Positions 25,364 through 35,471 of a DNA stretch of 64,000 bases are shown here, one piece after another. The DNA is taken from positions 14,209 to 78,208 of the IMG/VR virus record IMGVR_UViG_3300008259_000347. One strand, 5' to 3'. How positions within the stretch are numbered: position 1 is the stretch's first letter; each line of letters opens with the position of its first letter. The notes below the pieces were generated by a model that did not search any database, was not told where the DNA came from, and saw nothing but the letters and a program-made list of their open reading frames with translations. The position numbers and the translations under genes are program-made. Source of the DNA: a virus.

Positions 25364-28051
25364 TGGCAAAAATATCAGATTTAGTAAAAGTTACCACACC
25401 TAATGACGCAAATGTCTTTCCAATTAGTGATGGGTTAACTACTAAGAAAATTAGTTTCTTAGATCTAAAAACATCTATTAATACAGTAGCTTCAGGAACT
25501 CAGTTGGGCACAATTAAGATTGGTACAGGGCTTAGTATAGACAATACAGGCACAGTAAGTGTTTTGAATTTTGATGCTTTTACATTAGCGCCAGCTACAC
25601 AGAATCAACTAGGCGGTGTAATTATAGGCGAAGGATTAACTGTAAACGAAGCAGGAGTACTTACTTCTGCGTACACTTTGCCCATAGCTACTCCTACAGT
25701 ACTAGGTGGAATAAAAGTTGGGGAAGGCCTTACTATTTCCAACGGCATACTTTCCACGATTCCGATCAGTGTAGACGCATTTGATGATTCCGGAATAACA
25801 ATTGGGAATCAAAGTGATTTCTTATTTTATGTAGAAAATAGTAATACACCAACTATCAAAGATGATGTAAACGGTGTAATAGTTCTAAGTGTAAGAGATA
25901 CTAGTATGGCCGGTAATCTTGCTGACATACGTCTGATATCTCGTGCTAATACAGTAGGGCTAGGAGACGAAACTGCTCCTGCTTTAATTCCAGATTTTAG
26001 CGGTCAAGCAATGAATTTAGGAACTCCAAGTATAAAATGGAGTAAAGTATACGCAAATAATTTCATTGGTAATGTAACTGGTACAGCAGCACGTAGTACA
26101 GAAGCAGACAGTTTATTAGTAGGGCTAGATTATTTGCCTGCTAGTACCAGTGCTATAACCGATACTATTGTAGCAAGAGACAGTATAGGCAACATCAATG
26201 CTAATAACTTTATTGGTAATGTTACAGGCAATATTACAGGTAATGCCAGCACTGCTACACAACTTCAAACATCGAGATTAATTAATGGCGAGCCATTCAA
26301 CGGCACACAGAATATTACTATAACTGCTGCTAACCCTCAAGCATTAACAAGAGGAAATTACGTCACAGGCGGCTCTGATACTTACGATGGTAGTAGTGCT
26401 AGTACTTGGAGTGTGGTGTTTCTTTTGATGGATCGCAGAACATACAACTTCCTGCTAATCCAGCAAGAGTCGACGAACTTGCAGGTAGTATAAAAATGTG
26501 GGGAAGTGCTACTCCTCCCGCTAATTGGTTATTATGTAACGGACAAAGTGTAAGTAAGTTTGTGTATGCGACTTTATTTTCTAGAATAGGTTATACATAT
26601 GGCGGCAGTGGAGATTTCTTTAATGTTCCAAATCTAACTAATAGATTCGCAGTCGGAGCAGGCGGGTTATACGATGCCAATTCAACAGGCGGTAATAAAG
26701 ATCAGTTAGTTATAAGTCATTCACATACCGCAAGTGCTAGTTCTACGTTTACAGGCAATACATTACCTAATCATAGTCATTCATTTACAGCTTATGTGAA
26801 CGATCCGGGGCACTCTCATACTACGGTTCAAATGATCGGCGATAACAATATTGACGGGGTCGATAGTACTACTAGAAGATCGGGCGACCATCATAACGAA
26901 ACAAGAAATACAGGAACATCTACAACAGGTATATCTGTAACAGGAAGTATCGGGTCTAGCAATTCTGGTGTACCTAGTGGTTCGGTTAGCACATCTATTT
27001 CTATCGGATCCACCGGTAGTAGCGGCACAAATGCTAATCTTCCTCCATATATTGGAGTGTATTACATTATTAAAGCAAGCGACGACGGCAGCGGTGGTGG
27101 CACATTACAAGCAGGTACAGGAATTGATATACAAACATCGGGTAGTTATAGTATAATTTCTAGCACAGTAAACACTAGTGTGTTCTTGCCTACAACAGGC
27201 GGCTCAATGAGCGGATTTTTAACGCTACATAGTAATCCGTCTAGTGCTAATCATGCTGCTACTAAAGCTTATGTAGATAATCAAATTGCTGCTGTTCCTT
27301 CTAGCAATGATAAACTGCCATTAACAGGCGGTAGCTTATCTGGACCATTGTACTTACATGCTAATCCAGCTGGCGCACTTCAAGCAGCCACTAAAGCGTA
27401 TGTAGATAATCAAATCGCGCAGATAAGCAATTATCAAAAAGTCCTAGCATATAAACATGTCGGATGGGGTGTAGGTTACAATACCTACGGTGACCATTAT
27501 TGGGAAGTGTTATCTACAACACATCAGTATATTAGATTCGGCGAGCAATATATGGAAATAAGTCTTACTCCACAGGCCACAAATTCTAGGATATCAGTAT
27601 TTGTAGAAATAGCTTTCCAGAATCAGTACGTAGCCCATTTTCAAATTAGACGAGCATATGGAAACGGCGCATTTAATCCAACTATAACTAATACTAGTCC
27701 GGTAAATTATCATATGGAAACGGCGCATTTAATCCAACTATAACTAATACTAGTCCGGTAAATTATTTTGCTGCTAAAACTTATAGCGGAAATTTAGGCC
27801 TTTCAGGACATAACATAGCCAACTCTAATTATACACATTATGGTCGAATTGAAAATGCTCAAGGAGCCATGGAAAGAGAAACTATAAGTTATACTGAATT
27901 CACTAACAATAATACTCAACTGCGTACTTTTAGAGTAGCAGCTTGCGGACAATGGGCTAATAGTGGCACTTGGTTAAGTGTCAATGATAGAAAATTGTAT
28001 AGAGATATGCCAACTTATAGCACGATGACAATTGTCGAATGGTTATCATAA
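25363..28051 (+). CDS. long tail fibre with tail-collar domain, broken near 26414 and at 27655-27766 (ORFs 25363-26493, 26406-27743, 27869-28051)
   Basis: Three LGG(I/V)K(I/V)GxGL repeats; GNASTATQL..SRLINGE.FNGT.NI; collar GSIKMW...WLLCNGQ.VS...Y.TLF..IG.TYG...FNVPNL; two AATKAYVDNQIA repeats. Removing one 56-bp duplicate joins the last two ORFs in frame. Confidence 0.75.
27655..27766 (+). repeat. exact 56-bp tandem duplication causing a frameshift
   Basis: CATATGGAAACGGCGCATTTAATCCAACTATAACTAATACTAGTCCGGTAAATTAT at 27655-27710 and 27711-27766. Confidence 0.97.
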
Positions 28052-28068
28052 TAATTTAGGAACAAATA

Positions 28069-28374
28069 ATGACTTCGTATATTTTTACAATCGGGGACGC
28101 AATTCATTCATTATTACCAAACGCTGAATTCAGTGTTTCAGGTAATGATTATGATCGAATTGAATGGTATTCGGAAAATATTCCCAAGCCAACGTTAGCC
28201 GAGATTGATGCCGAATTACAAAGATTACAAGCAGATCATGATAGGAAAGATTATCAAAGACAACGAGTAGAAGCTTACCCTAGTATTGAAGAACAGTTAG
28301 ATTTGATGTTTCATGGCGGCTATGACGTATGGAAAGCACAGATTCAAGCAATTAAAGATCAGTTTCCTAAGTAA
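28069..28374 (+). CDS. tail fibre assembly/chaperone-like protein
   Basis: AIHSLLPNAEF...PKPTLAEI...YQRQR.EAYPSIEEQLD, a small-protein type that commonly follows phage fibres. Confidence 0.6.
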   Translation: MTSYIFTIGDAIHSLLPNAEFSVSGNDYDRIEWYSENIPKPTLAEIDAELQRLQADHDRKDYQRQRVEAYPSIEEQLDLMFHGGYDVWKAQIQAIKDQFPK

Positions 28375-28403
28375 AATACGCACTTTATACTTTTAGGTAA
28401 ATA
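28373..28403 (+). promoter_or_regulatory. putative late promoter TACGCAC-N14-TAAATA (site 3)
   Basis: TACGCAC 28377-28383 and TAAATA 28398-28403, upstream of ATG 28424. Confidence 0.7.
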
Positions 28404-28423
28404 TTCAAATAAAGAGAAAACTT

Positions 28424-29035
28424 ATGCAAGGTAGAGATTTATCAGGAATACATATCGAAGGGCATATTAAAATTTATGACCCTACTACACAAGAGATATT
28501 CATTAACAAGCGTAATGCTATTCATTATGAAAATATGAGTATCGCTCTTGCCGAATCTATTGCTAATTCAGGACAAGGATTTATTTACGAACTTGTTTTT
28601 GGCAACGGAGGAACTACTGTTGATCCTACTGGTATAATTACCTATCTGACTCCTAATAGTACAGGTACTAATGCTGCCTTATATAATCAAACTTACAGTA
28701 AAGTTGTTGATGATCGCAGTGTAAGTAACGTAGATCCAATTCGTAATAGAATAGAAACAAGACATATCACTGGTGTAAACTACACAGATGTGTTTGTAAC
28801 CTGTTTGTTGGATTACGGCGAGCCCACAGGACAAGAAGCGTTTGATAATACCAGTGATAATAAAAGTGATTATGTGTTTGACGAACTAGGATTAAAAAGT
28901 TATAGCAACACAGGCACTAGCAGATTATTAACTCATGTAATTTTTCACCCTGTTCAAAAAAGTTTGAATAGATTAATTCAAATTGATTATACTGTGAGAA
29001 TACAAAGTCTAACAGGTTTAAGTGAGGTTCAATAA
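28424..29035 (+). CDS. virion structural protein (baseplate/fibre attachment)
   Basis: 203 aa; FDELGL...LLTHVIFHPVQKS.NR.IQIDYT; heads the short-fibre operon. Confidence 0.55.
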   Translation: MQGRDLSGIHIEGHIKIYDPTTQEIFINKRNAIHYENMSIALAESIANSGQGFIYELVFGNGGTTVDPTGIITYLTPNSTGTNAALYNQTYSKVVDDRSVSNVDPIRNRIETRHITGVNYTDVFVTCLLDYGEPTGQEAFDNTSDNKSDYVFDELGLKSYSNTGTSRLLTHVIFHPVQKSLNRLIQIDYTVRIQSLTGLSEVQ

Positions 29036-31167
29036 TGTCATATCAGATTGATCATACAGATAGACCAAACTTTGGTACAATTACAGTAGAAGATCAAACA
29101 GTAAATGTTGAAAAAAGTATCGGATTTGTAGGTAAAAACTACACAGGCTACAGCAAGGTAATCGCTGAAAATTTTTTACATATATTAGAAAATTTTGCCA
29201 GCGCCAGTGCTCCTACTAATCCTGTAGTAGGTCAGTTATGGTATGACACTGAAGCTGATGTTGTAGAAGAAAATAGACAACCTCAGTTAAAATTATGGGA
29301 CGGTACAAACTGGACACCAGCAGGTAATCTAGTTAAAGCAGGTAGTGCTCCAGCAAATGCCATTAAAGGCGACCTATGGACAGATACTACTAATCAACAG
29401 CTTTACTTATTTTCAGGATCTAATTGGGTACTAGTGGGTCCACAATTCAGTGAAGGTACACTTACTGGTCCTAAAGTTGAAACAGTATACGACACTGGAA
29501 ATGCCACACATTTATTAATCAGTTTTTACATTGGCAATCGTGTAGTTGTTATTTTTAGTAAAACTGAATTTACACCAAAAGTTGCTATTCCTGGATTTAG
29601 TATAGTTAAGCGTGGCATTAACGTTACGTCTGTAGACGATAGTGGAAATACTTCTACATTAAACAAATTATGGGGTACTGCTGAAAAAGCAGATGCTCTA
29701 GTTGTAGCCGGACGAACTATTTCATCAGATAATTTTTTAAGATCTGATGTAGCAAGTACTTCAAACAGTAGTTTTAGCATTAGAAATAATCTAGGATTAA
29801 CAATAGGTTCGGATTTGGCCACAAGCTTGACCATTGATAATAACGGTGCTGCTATTCTGTACAATAAAACAGAAGGCTCTAGCATTTTTATTAGAACAAA
29901 TCAAGCAGGTACAACTAATGATGTGATTTCAATCAGCGGCACTAACGTTGGTATTAACAAAACTAATCCTACCGCCACGCTAGATGTTGTAGGAAATATT
30001 CAAACTAATGATCAATTAGTAGTCACAGGAACTACAAATGCGGTAGATTTAACCACAGGCAGTATCAGAACTGCCGGTGGTGTCAGTATAACAAAAAGTT
30101 TATATGTAGGTACAGGAGCAGTAGTTACAGGACAAATAAGTTCTCAAAGTATTATTCCTTTGACTAACAGCACGTATGATATAGGATCGTCGAACAATAG
30201 ATATAGAGTAATACACAGCAAAGAAATGTATGCTGATACATTTTTTGGTAGTTTTTCCGGACAATTAGCAGGTAGTGTGTCAGGAACAGCCAGCAGATTA
30301 GCCAGTAGTACAGCTTTTTCTTTAACTGGCGATGTGAGCAGTAATACAATTAACTTTAATGGTCAGCAACCTAGCGGTGTAGCTACTTTTAATACTACAA
30401 TTACAGCAGATTTAATTAATGCTAAGACTGCTGTTGAAACAACCACTGCTGGCGCACAACTTTTAGTTAATATACCTAGTGTTGGTTTAAGAAAAATTAC
30501 TAAAACTAACTTCTTATCAAATGCCGGTGTTATGCCAGCAGGAATAATTTTACCTTTTGCTGGTACCGCTGTTCCAAACGGATTTTTATTATGTGATGGT
30601 AGCGAACAGCTAATCAGTGCTTATCCAAATTTATTTGCAGTTGTTGGTTACACTTATAGAGCACAGAGTTTATTACAAGGTGCTTCTACATTCTGTGTAC
30701 CAGATCTGAGAGGAAGATTTGCTCTAGGTGCTGACAACATGGATAATGGTACATTAATTCCTGATCCATTAGGCAATTTTATTACTACAACCTTAGATAA
30801 GAACGGAGTTCCAAACGCTACAGCAAATAGAGTAACAGATGTTACTGCTGACAACATTGGATCGGGTAATGGAGAAGAAGAAACTACGTTAGCAGTTAAT
30901 CAATTACCGGATCACAAACACGATATGCGTGGTACTACATCTACAGGCGATAAAGGTAATCAATATTACGGTATAAGAAATAGCTCTGATGCGATTACCG
31001 ATGTTGACGCTGTTCCTCATACTACTAACGGTCCTGACAGTTTAGCTAATGGACAGTACTTGACTAACAGTGGCGGAGTGGCATCTGCCACACTTGGACA
31101 GCCTGTTAACAAGATGAATCCGTACTTAACTATCAATTATATTATTTTCACCGGCACTTATGCTTAA
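29035..31167 (+). CDS. tail fibre with C-terminal collar domain (paralog 1)
   Basis: Shared N-terminus GKNY.GY...AENFL..LENFA...P..GQLWYD; MPAGIILPFAG..VPNGFLLCDG collar; MNPYLTINYII end. Confidence 0.8.
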   Translation: MSYQIDHTDRPNFGTITVEDQTVNVEKSIGFVGKNYTGYSKVIAENFLHILENFASASAPTNPVVGQLWYDTEADVVEENRQPQLKLWDGTNWTPAGNLVKAGSAPANAIKGDLWTDTTNQQLYLFSGSNWVLVGPQFSEGTLTGPKVETVYDTGNATHLLISFYIGNRVVVIFSKTEFTPKVAIPGFSIVKRGINVTSVDDSGNTSTLNKLWGTAEKADALVVAGRTISSDNFLRSDVASTSNSSFSIRNNLGLTIGSDLATSLTIDNNGAAILYNKTEGSSIFIRTNQAGTTNDVISISGTNVGINKTNPTATLDVVGNIQTNDQLVVTGTTNAVDLTTGSIRTAGGVSITKSLYVGTGAVVTGQISSQSIIPLTNSTYDIGSSNNRYRVIHSKEMYADTFFGSFSGQLAGSVSGTASRLASSTAFSLTGDVSSNTINFNGQQPSGVATFNTTITADLINAKTAVETTTAGAQLLVNIPSVGLRKITKTNFLSNAGVMPAGIILPFAGTAVPNGFLLCDGSEQLISAYPNLFAVVGYTYRAQSLLQGASTFCVPDLRGRFALGADNMDNGTLIPDPLGNFITTTLDKNGVPNATANRVTDVTADNIGSGNGEEETTLAVNQLPDHKHDMRGTTSTGDKGNQYYGIRNSSDAITDVDAVPHTTNGPDSLANGQYLTNSGGVASATLGQPVNKMNPYLTINYIIFTGTYA

Positions 31168-31177
31168 GGATTAATCA

Positions 31178-33040
31178 ATGGCGTATCAAATTAATAAAAC
31201 AGACGGAACATTATTAACTGAGATAGTAGATAGTGCTATTGACCAAACTGCTACCGATTTAACTCTAATAGGTAAAAATGTTTCTGGGTACGGCGAGTAC
31301 ATAAATGAAAATTTTATTAAACTGTTAGAAAATTTTGCTTCAGAAAGTCAACCTAGTAATCCTATTAAAGGTCAATTGTGGTATGATACTACAGAAAACA
31401 GATTAAAAGCCTACGACGGCGGTGGGTTTAGACTAGGTAGCGGTCCTATTGTATCAGGGGAAGCACCTCTTACACTAGTACAAGGCGACTTATGGATCGA
31501 CAGTGCTGAAAATCAGCTATATTTTTATGATGGCACAGACCTGCAGCTAGCAGGACCTATATATAAAGACAGTCAAGGTATCAGCGGTGAAACTGTAGAA
31601 ACTATTGTTGACACAAATAATATACCACGAGTTATTGTTAAGCAATGGGTCGGTAGTGCACTAATAGGTATTTGGAGCAAAGAAGTATTACAGTTCTTTC
31701 CTAAACAGGCTATACCTGGATTTAGCGGAGCTATTGGACCAGGATTTAATGCCAGCACCTTAAGCGGATTAAAATTTAATGTCACTGCTACTAGGGCTAA
31801 TAATTTAATAGATGATGTTGGTAATGTAATCAGTCCTAACTTCTTTATGAGAACTAATCAGTCGACTGGTACGTCGGGCACTGTTTCTATAGCAAATACA
31901 CTACCACTTATATTAGGTCCATTTGGTAATAATGAAATAATATCAGACGGAACTAATTTTCAGTTAAAATCAAATATCACTAATCAGAATTTTAGAATTC
32001 TTATCAAAGATTCTTTAAGCACTAAAGATGCTATAACTATTAATGCTGCTAATAATAAGATAGGTATTTTTCAATCCACTCCGGCATACACACTAGATGT
32101 CGATGGTACTGTAAGAATTACTGGAGACTTGTTAGTTGAAGGCGCAACTACTACAATAAACACAAATAATCTTGTTATTGAAGATCATGTAATTGAATTA
32201 GCTGCTAATCAAGATAGTTCAGTATCGGATGAATATGCTAACCAAGGTGGAATAGTTTTAAGAGGCACAACTGATCACAGTATTATTTGGAGTAAAGCGC
32301 CAGCAAGTAGTTGGAAAAGTAGCGAGCATTGGGATTTAGCATCAGGTAAAGAATACAGAATTAATGGCGTAAAAGTTATTGATGGTACTTCTTTAGGAGC
32401 CAGTATTACTAGTGCTCCTGGAATTACTTCGTTAACTGGATTAACTTCTCTTGTAGTTGATTTTATTGATCTAAACAGTAATACTATCAGTACTGTTTCT
32501 GGATCTGTTCAAGATCTTGTACTCAGTCCAGATGGCGCTGCTAATGTCAGCGTAGCCAGCTCTAGAATAGTAAACTTAGCTAATCCTGTAAGTTCAAACG
32601 ATGCTGTTAATTTAACTACATTAGAAACACAGGTAAAAACAAAACCTTTGGCGTTTAGTATGGATGCTACAGGGTTAAATGATAATGATATTGCCACTTA
32701 CTTAGACGAAATAGCACCCTATCCTGATTTTGAAGAAGGAACTATAGCAAGAATTCTGTGTACATATCAGTTAATTTCATACCCGTCAGTGTCATTTACA
32801 TCCAGTACAGGGCCTCTTGACACATCTGGGGATTTTGTAAAATACTATATTGCTGTAGATAACAGTGGAAATGTGGGTACTAAACCAAACGAACCAGTAC
32901 TACAGGATTTTGATACTAATGCTAGTATAGATTTAGGCAGTGCTACTGTACAGGTTTCTAGAATTGTTAAATTATTCCAGATATCAAGTGGTGTTTGGAT
33001 CTGGACTGGTAATGGTAGCGGACCAATCATAACACCGTAA
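31178..33040 (+). CDS. tail fibre-like protein (paralog 2)
   Basis: Same N-terminal module (LIGKNVSGYGEYINENFIKLLENFA...GQLWYD). Confidence 0.7.
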   Translation: MAYQINKTDGTLLTEIVDSAIDQTATDLTLIGKNVSGYGEYINENFIKLLENFASESQPSNPIKGQLWYDTTENRLKAYDGGGFRLGSGPIVSGEAPLTLVQGDLWIDSAENQLYFYDGTDLQLAGPIYKDSQGISGETVETIVDTNNIPRVIVKQWVGSALIGIWSKEVLQFFPKQAIPGFSGAIGPGFNASTLSGLKFNVTATRANNLIDDVGNVISPNFFMRTNQSTGTSGTVSIANTLPLILGPFGNNEIISDGTNFQLKSNITNQNFRILIKDSLSTKDAITINAANNKIGIFQSTPAYTLDVDGTVRITGDLLVEGATTTINTNNLVIEDHVIELAANQDSSVSDEYANQGGIVLRGTTDHSIIWSKAPASSWKSSEHWDLASGKEYRINGVKVIDGTSLGASITSAPGITSLTGLTSLVVDFIDLNSNTISTVSGSVQDLVLSPDGAANVSVASSRIVNLANPVSSNDAVNLTTLETQVKTKPLAFSMDATGLNDNDIATYLDEIAPYPDFEEGTIARILCTYQLISYPSVSFTSSTGPLDTSGDFVKYYIAVDNSGNVGTKPNEPVLQDFDTNASIDLGSATVQVSRIVKLFQISSGVWIWTGNGSGPIITP

Positions 33041-33046
33041 TCAAAC

Positions 33047-33052
33047 TAAATA
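33047..33052 (+). promoter_or_regulatory. TAAATA late promoter box
   Basis: Intergenic CTAAATA followed by RBS AAGGGG and ATG 33075; lacks the TACGCAC element. Confidence 0.5.
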
Positions 33053-33074
33053 TATAAAGTTAAGGGGTAATTAG

Positions 33075-34547
33075 ATGCCATACAGCATTGATAGATATAA
33101 TGGTACAACACTAACAGTTATAGAAGATGGTACAATCGATACCACACTGGATATTAAACTTATTGGTAAAAACTATGCTGGTTACGGCGAAGTTCAAAAT
33201 GAGAATTTTTTACACATTCTCGAAAGCTTTTCAGGAACAGCCGCTCCACCAAAGCCAATAAGCGGGCAAATTTGGTACGATAGTGGGCTTAAAAAGCTAA
33301 AATTTTATGACGCTACTAAATGGAGAACAACAGGTGGAGCCGAAGTAGCTCCTGCTGCTCCTACAGGACTGACCACAGGCGATTTTTGGTGGGACAGCTC
33401 CAATGATCAATTATACGCTAATAAGAATGGTACTGAATTTGTTCTTATTGGACCACAAGGTGTAGCAGGTTTTGGAACTACTGCTATGCGTTCCAGAGCT
33501 ATCAGAGATGTAGGAAATGTTAACCATGCGGTGATTGAAGCTATTTCCGATGGTGATGTTGTTTTTGTAATTAATTCCGACTCTGAATTTGACTTAGATA
33601 CTGTTTTCCATACTGATTTAGCAGCACTAGGATTCACAAAAATTAAAACTGGTGTTACTATGGCCAATACTGGCACATCTGGAGTAACATCAAGTGCTCA
33701 TAGATTCTGGGGAACTGCTAGTAACAGTATTAAATTAAATGGTTTCTCTGATACTGAATTTGTAAAAGCAGCATCTGCGCAATTTACAGCAGTGGCCAAG
33801 TTTGTAGATCCTGGTCTTACTGTTGGTGCTAGTGACGATTTAGGAATTTTTATAGACGTCGATGGCGTTACACCAATTATTAAAAATAACCTAGCAGATA
33901 CAATAAAATTTCAAACTACTAGTGCTGGTACTAAAACTCCATTGACTCTAGTAGGCAATGATATTTTACCAGGATCTAATATCCAATCAAATATTGGATC
34001 TACTACTTTAAAATATAACACTGTTCATGCTTTGACTTTTGACGGAGTTGCTACACAAGCAAATACATTAAATGTTGGAGGAACATATCGTTCATCTTCT
34101 ACAGCGGCTAGTGTAAACACTATCGCAGCTAGAGATAATGCTGGAGATATATATGCTGTTCTTTTCCAAGGTACAGCTACAAGAGCAAGATTCGCTGACT
34201 TAGCAGAAAAATATCTTGCTGATGCCGAGTATGATGTGGGTACTGTAGTTGTAATAGGTGGAGAGAAAGAAGTAACAGCTTGCTCTCCAGGACAATTAGC
34301 GATTGGAGCAGTTAGTGCGAATCCAGCTCACTTGATGAACAGCGAATTACAAGGCGGTACAGCAATTGCACTAAAGGGTCGTGTACCAGTTAAAGTTAAT
34401 GGATCTGTAATTAAAGGACAAAAATTAGTTGCTGGTCCAAACGGATCTGCACAAGCAGCTTTTGGAAACAATGTCGATGTATTTGCTGTGGCATTAGAAA
34501 CAAATGAAGATGTTGGTGTAAAATTAGTAGAATGCCTAGTGCTGTAA
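33075..34547 (+). CDS. tail fibre-like protein (paralog 3) with C-terminal autocleaving chaperone-like (peptidase G2/IMC-type) domain
   Basis: Shared N-terminus; ARFADLAEKY...GTVV...GAVS.NPA.LMN...ALKGRVPVKV.G. Confidence 0.7.
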   Translation: MPYSIDRYNGTTLTVIEDGTIDTTLDIKLIGKNYAGYGEVQNENFLHILESFSGTAAPPKPISGQIWYDSGLKKLKFYDATKWRTTGGAEVAPAAPTGLTTGDFWWDSSNDQLYANKNGTEFVLIGPQGVAGFGTTAMRSRAIRDVGNVNHAVIEAISDGDVVFVINSDSEFDLDTVFHTDLAALGFTKIKTGVTMANTGTSGVTSSAHRFWGTASNSIKLNGFSDTEFVKAASAQFTAVAKFVDPGLTVGASDDLGIFIDVDGVTPIIKNNLADTIKFQTTSAGTKTPLTLVGNDILPGSNIQSNIGSTTLKYNTVHALTFDGVATQANTLNVGGTYRSSSTAASVNTIAARDNAGDIYAVLFQGTATRARFADLAEKYLADAEYDVGTVVVIGGEKEVTACSPGQLAIGAVSANPAHLMNSELQGGTAIALKGRVPVKVNGSVIKGQKLVAGPNGSAQAAFGNNVDVFAVALETNEDVGVKLVECLVL

Positions 34548-34556
34548 CGGAAAATT

Positions 34557-35462
34557 ATGTCAACACCAATTACCGCATCCACTTATAACAACTTACGTGA
34601 TAGATTAAACTTAGTCATGGGTTTAGGATCTACCGGGTACGGGCAAACTTTATTAAGTTCTGCTGTGCAATCTGGTGAAACTTTTACCTTGGCTATGTGG
34701 AATAATCTAAGAACAGATTTGTTAAAAACAAGACAACACCAAACTGGTGTAAGTGAAGCTGGTAATTTAGCCACAGTTACAACTTCTACAGACATTTCTA
34801 CAGCATTAGTTACTCAGTATGATGCGTTTACTACACTAATTACTACAAATCAGCGTTTAATTGCTAATAACCAAGGCACAGTCGAAAGCTTAGTAAGTGG
34901 TGTTAGAACGTTAGCATGGAATGGAGTTCTTACTCATACAGTTACAGTGACCTTTGCTAACACATTACAAGCAAGATATTTTTTTAATGCCGGCGGTCAA
35001 ATAAGATTCGCTGCTTCAAGAGCCGGCGCTGCTGCCACAACTAAAGACACTGACTGGACTAACATATTAAGTAGTATGGGAACTCTGTATATGAATTACA
35101 ATACCACTGGCTTTTTAGCTGGCGGCAGTGGAACAGGCAGTGCTAGAGGTTTTTATAATCTTACTACGTCTTATCAAACTCTGTATGTCAAAGGCTCAAG
35201 TGTGTATGCCTACACAGAAAATGACTATAACATAGCAGCAAGAGTAGATAATGCCACTAATCCAAGTATTGTAACATTTAAGATTGAATTTAGGGACGAC
35301 GATTTAGGCAACAGGCCAATTCCAGCTCCACCACCTCCATACGGACCAAAAATAGATGAAACAGTAACAGGAACTTTAACCAGTACTGTGTCTATGTTTA
35401 GACCTTCGGGTGCTAATGTTTCTGTAACAGGACCAGCTGCTACACAAACCACAATAACTTAA
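34557..35462 (+). CDS. Thr/Ser-rich virion structural protein A with a proline-rich loop
   Basis: 301 aa; paralog of the next gene (GYGQ, WNNLR.DL, HQTG, ARYFFNAGG.I); loop PIPAPPPPYGP. Confidence 0.65.
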   Translation: MSTPITASTYNNLRDRLNLVMGLGSTGYGQTLLSSAVQSGETFTLAMWNNLRTDLLKTRQHQTGVSEAGNLATVTTSTDISTALVTQYDAFTTLITTNQRLIANNQGTVESLVSGVRTLAWNGVLTHTVTVTFANTLQARYFFNAGGQIRFAASRAGAAATTKDTDWTNILSSMGTLYMNYNTTGFLAGGSGTGSARGFYNLTTSYQTLYVKGSSVYAYTENDYNIAARVDNATNPSIVTFKIEFRDDDLGNRPIPAPPPPYGPKIDETVTGTLTSTVSMFRPSGANVSVTGPAATQTTIT

Positions 35463-35471
35463 GGATTTGTA

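Noticed and set aside
27655-27766. Direct repeats as a CRISPR array or DGR template/variable repeat pair
   Set aside because: Two identical adjacent copies with no spacer, no adenine-specific mismatches, and no cas or reverse transcriptase gene in the window. The same applies to 42542-42635.
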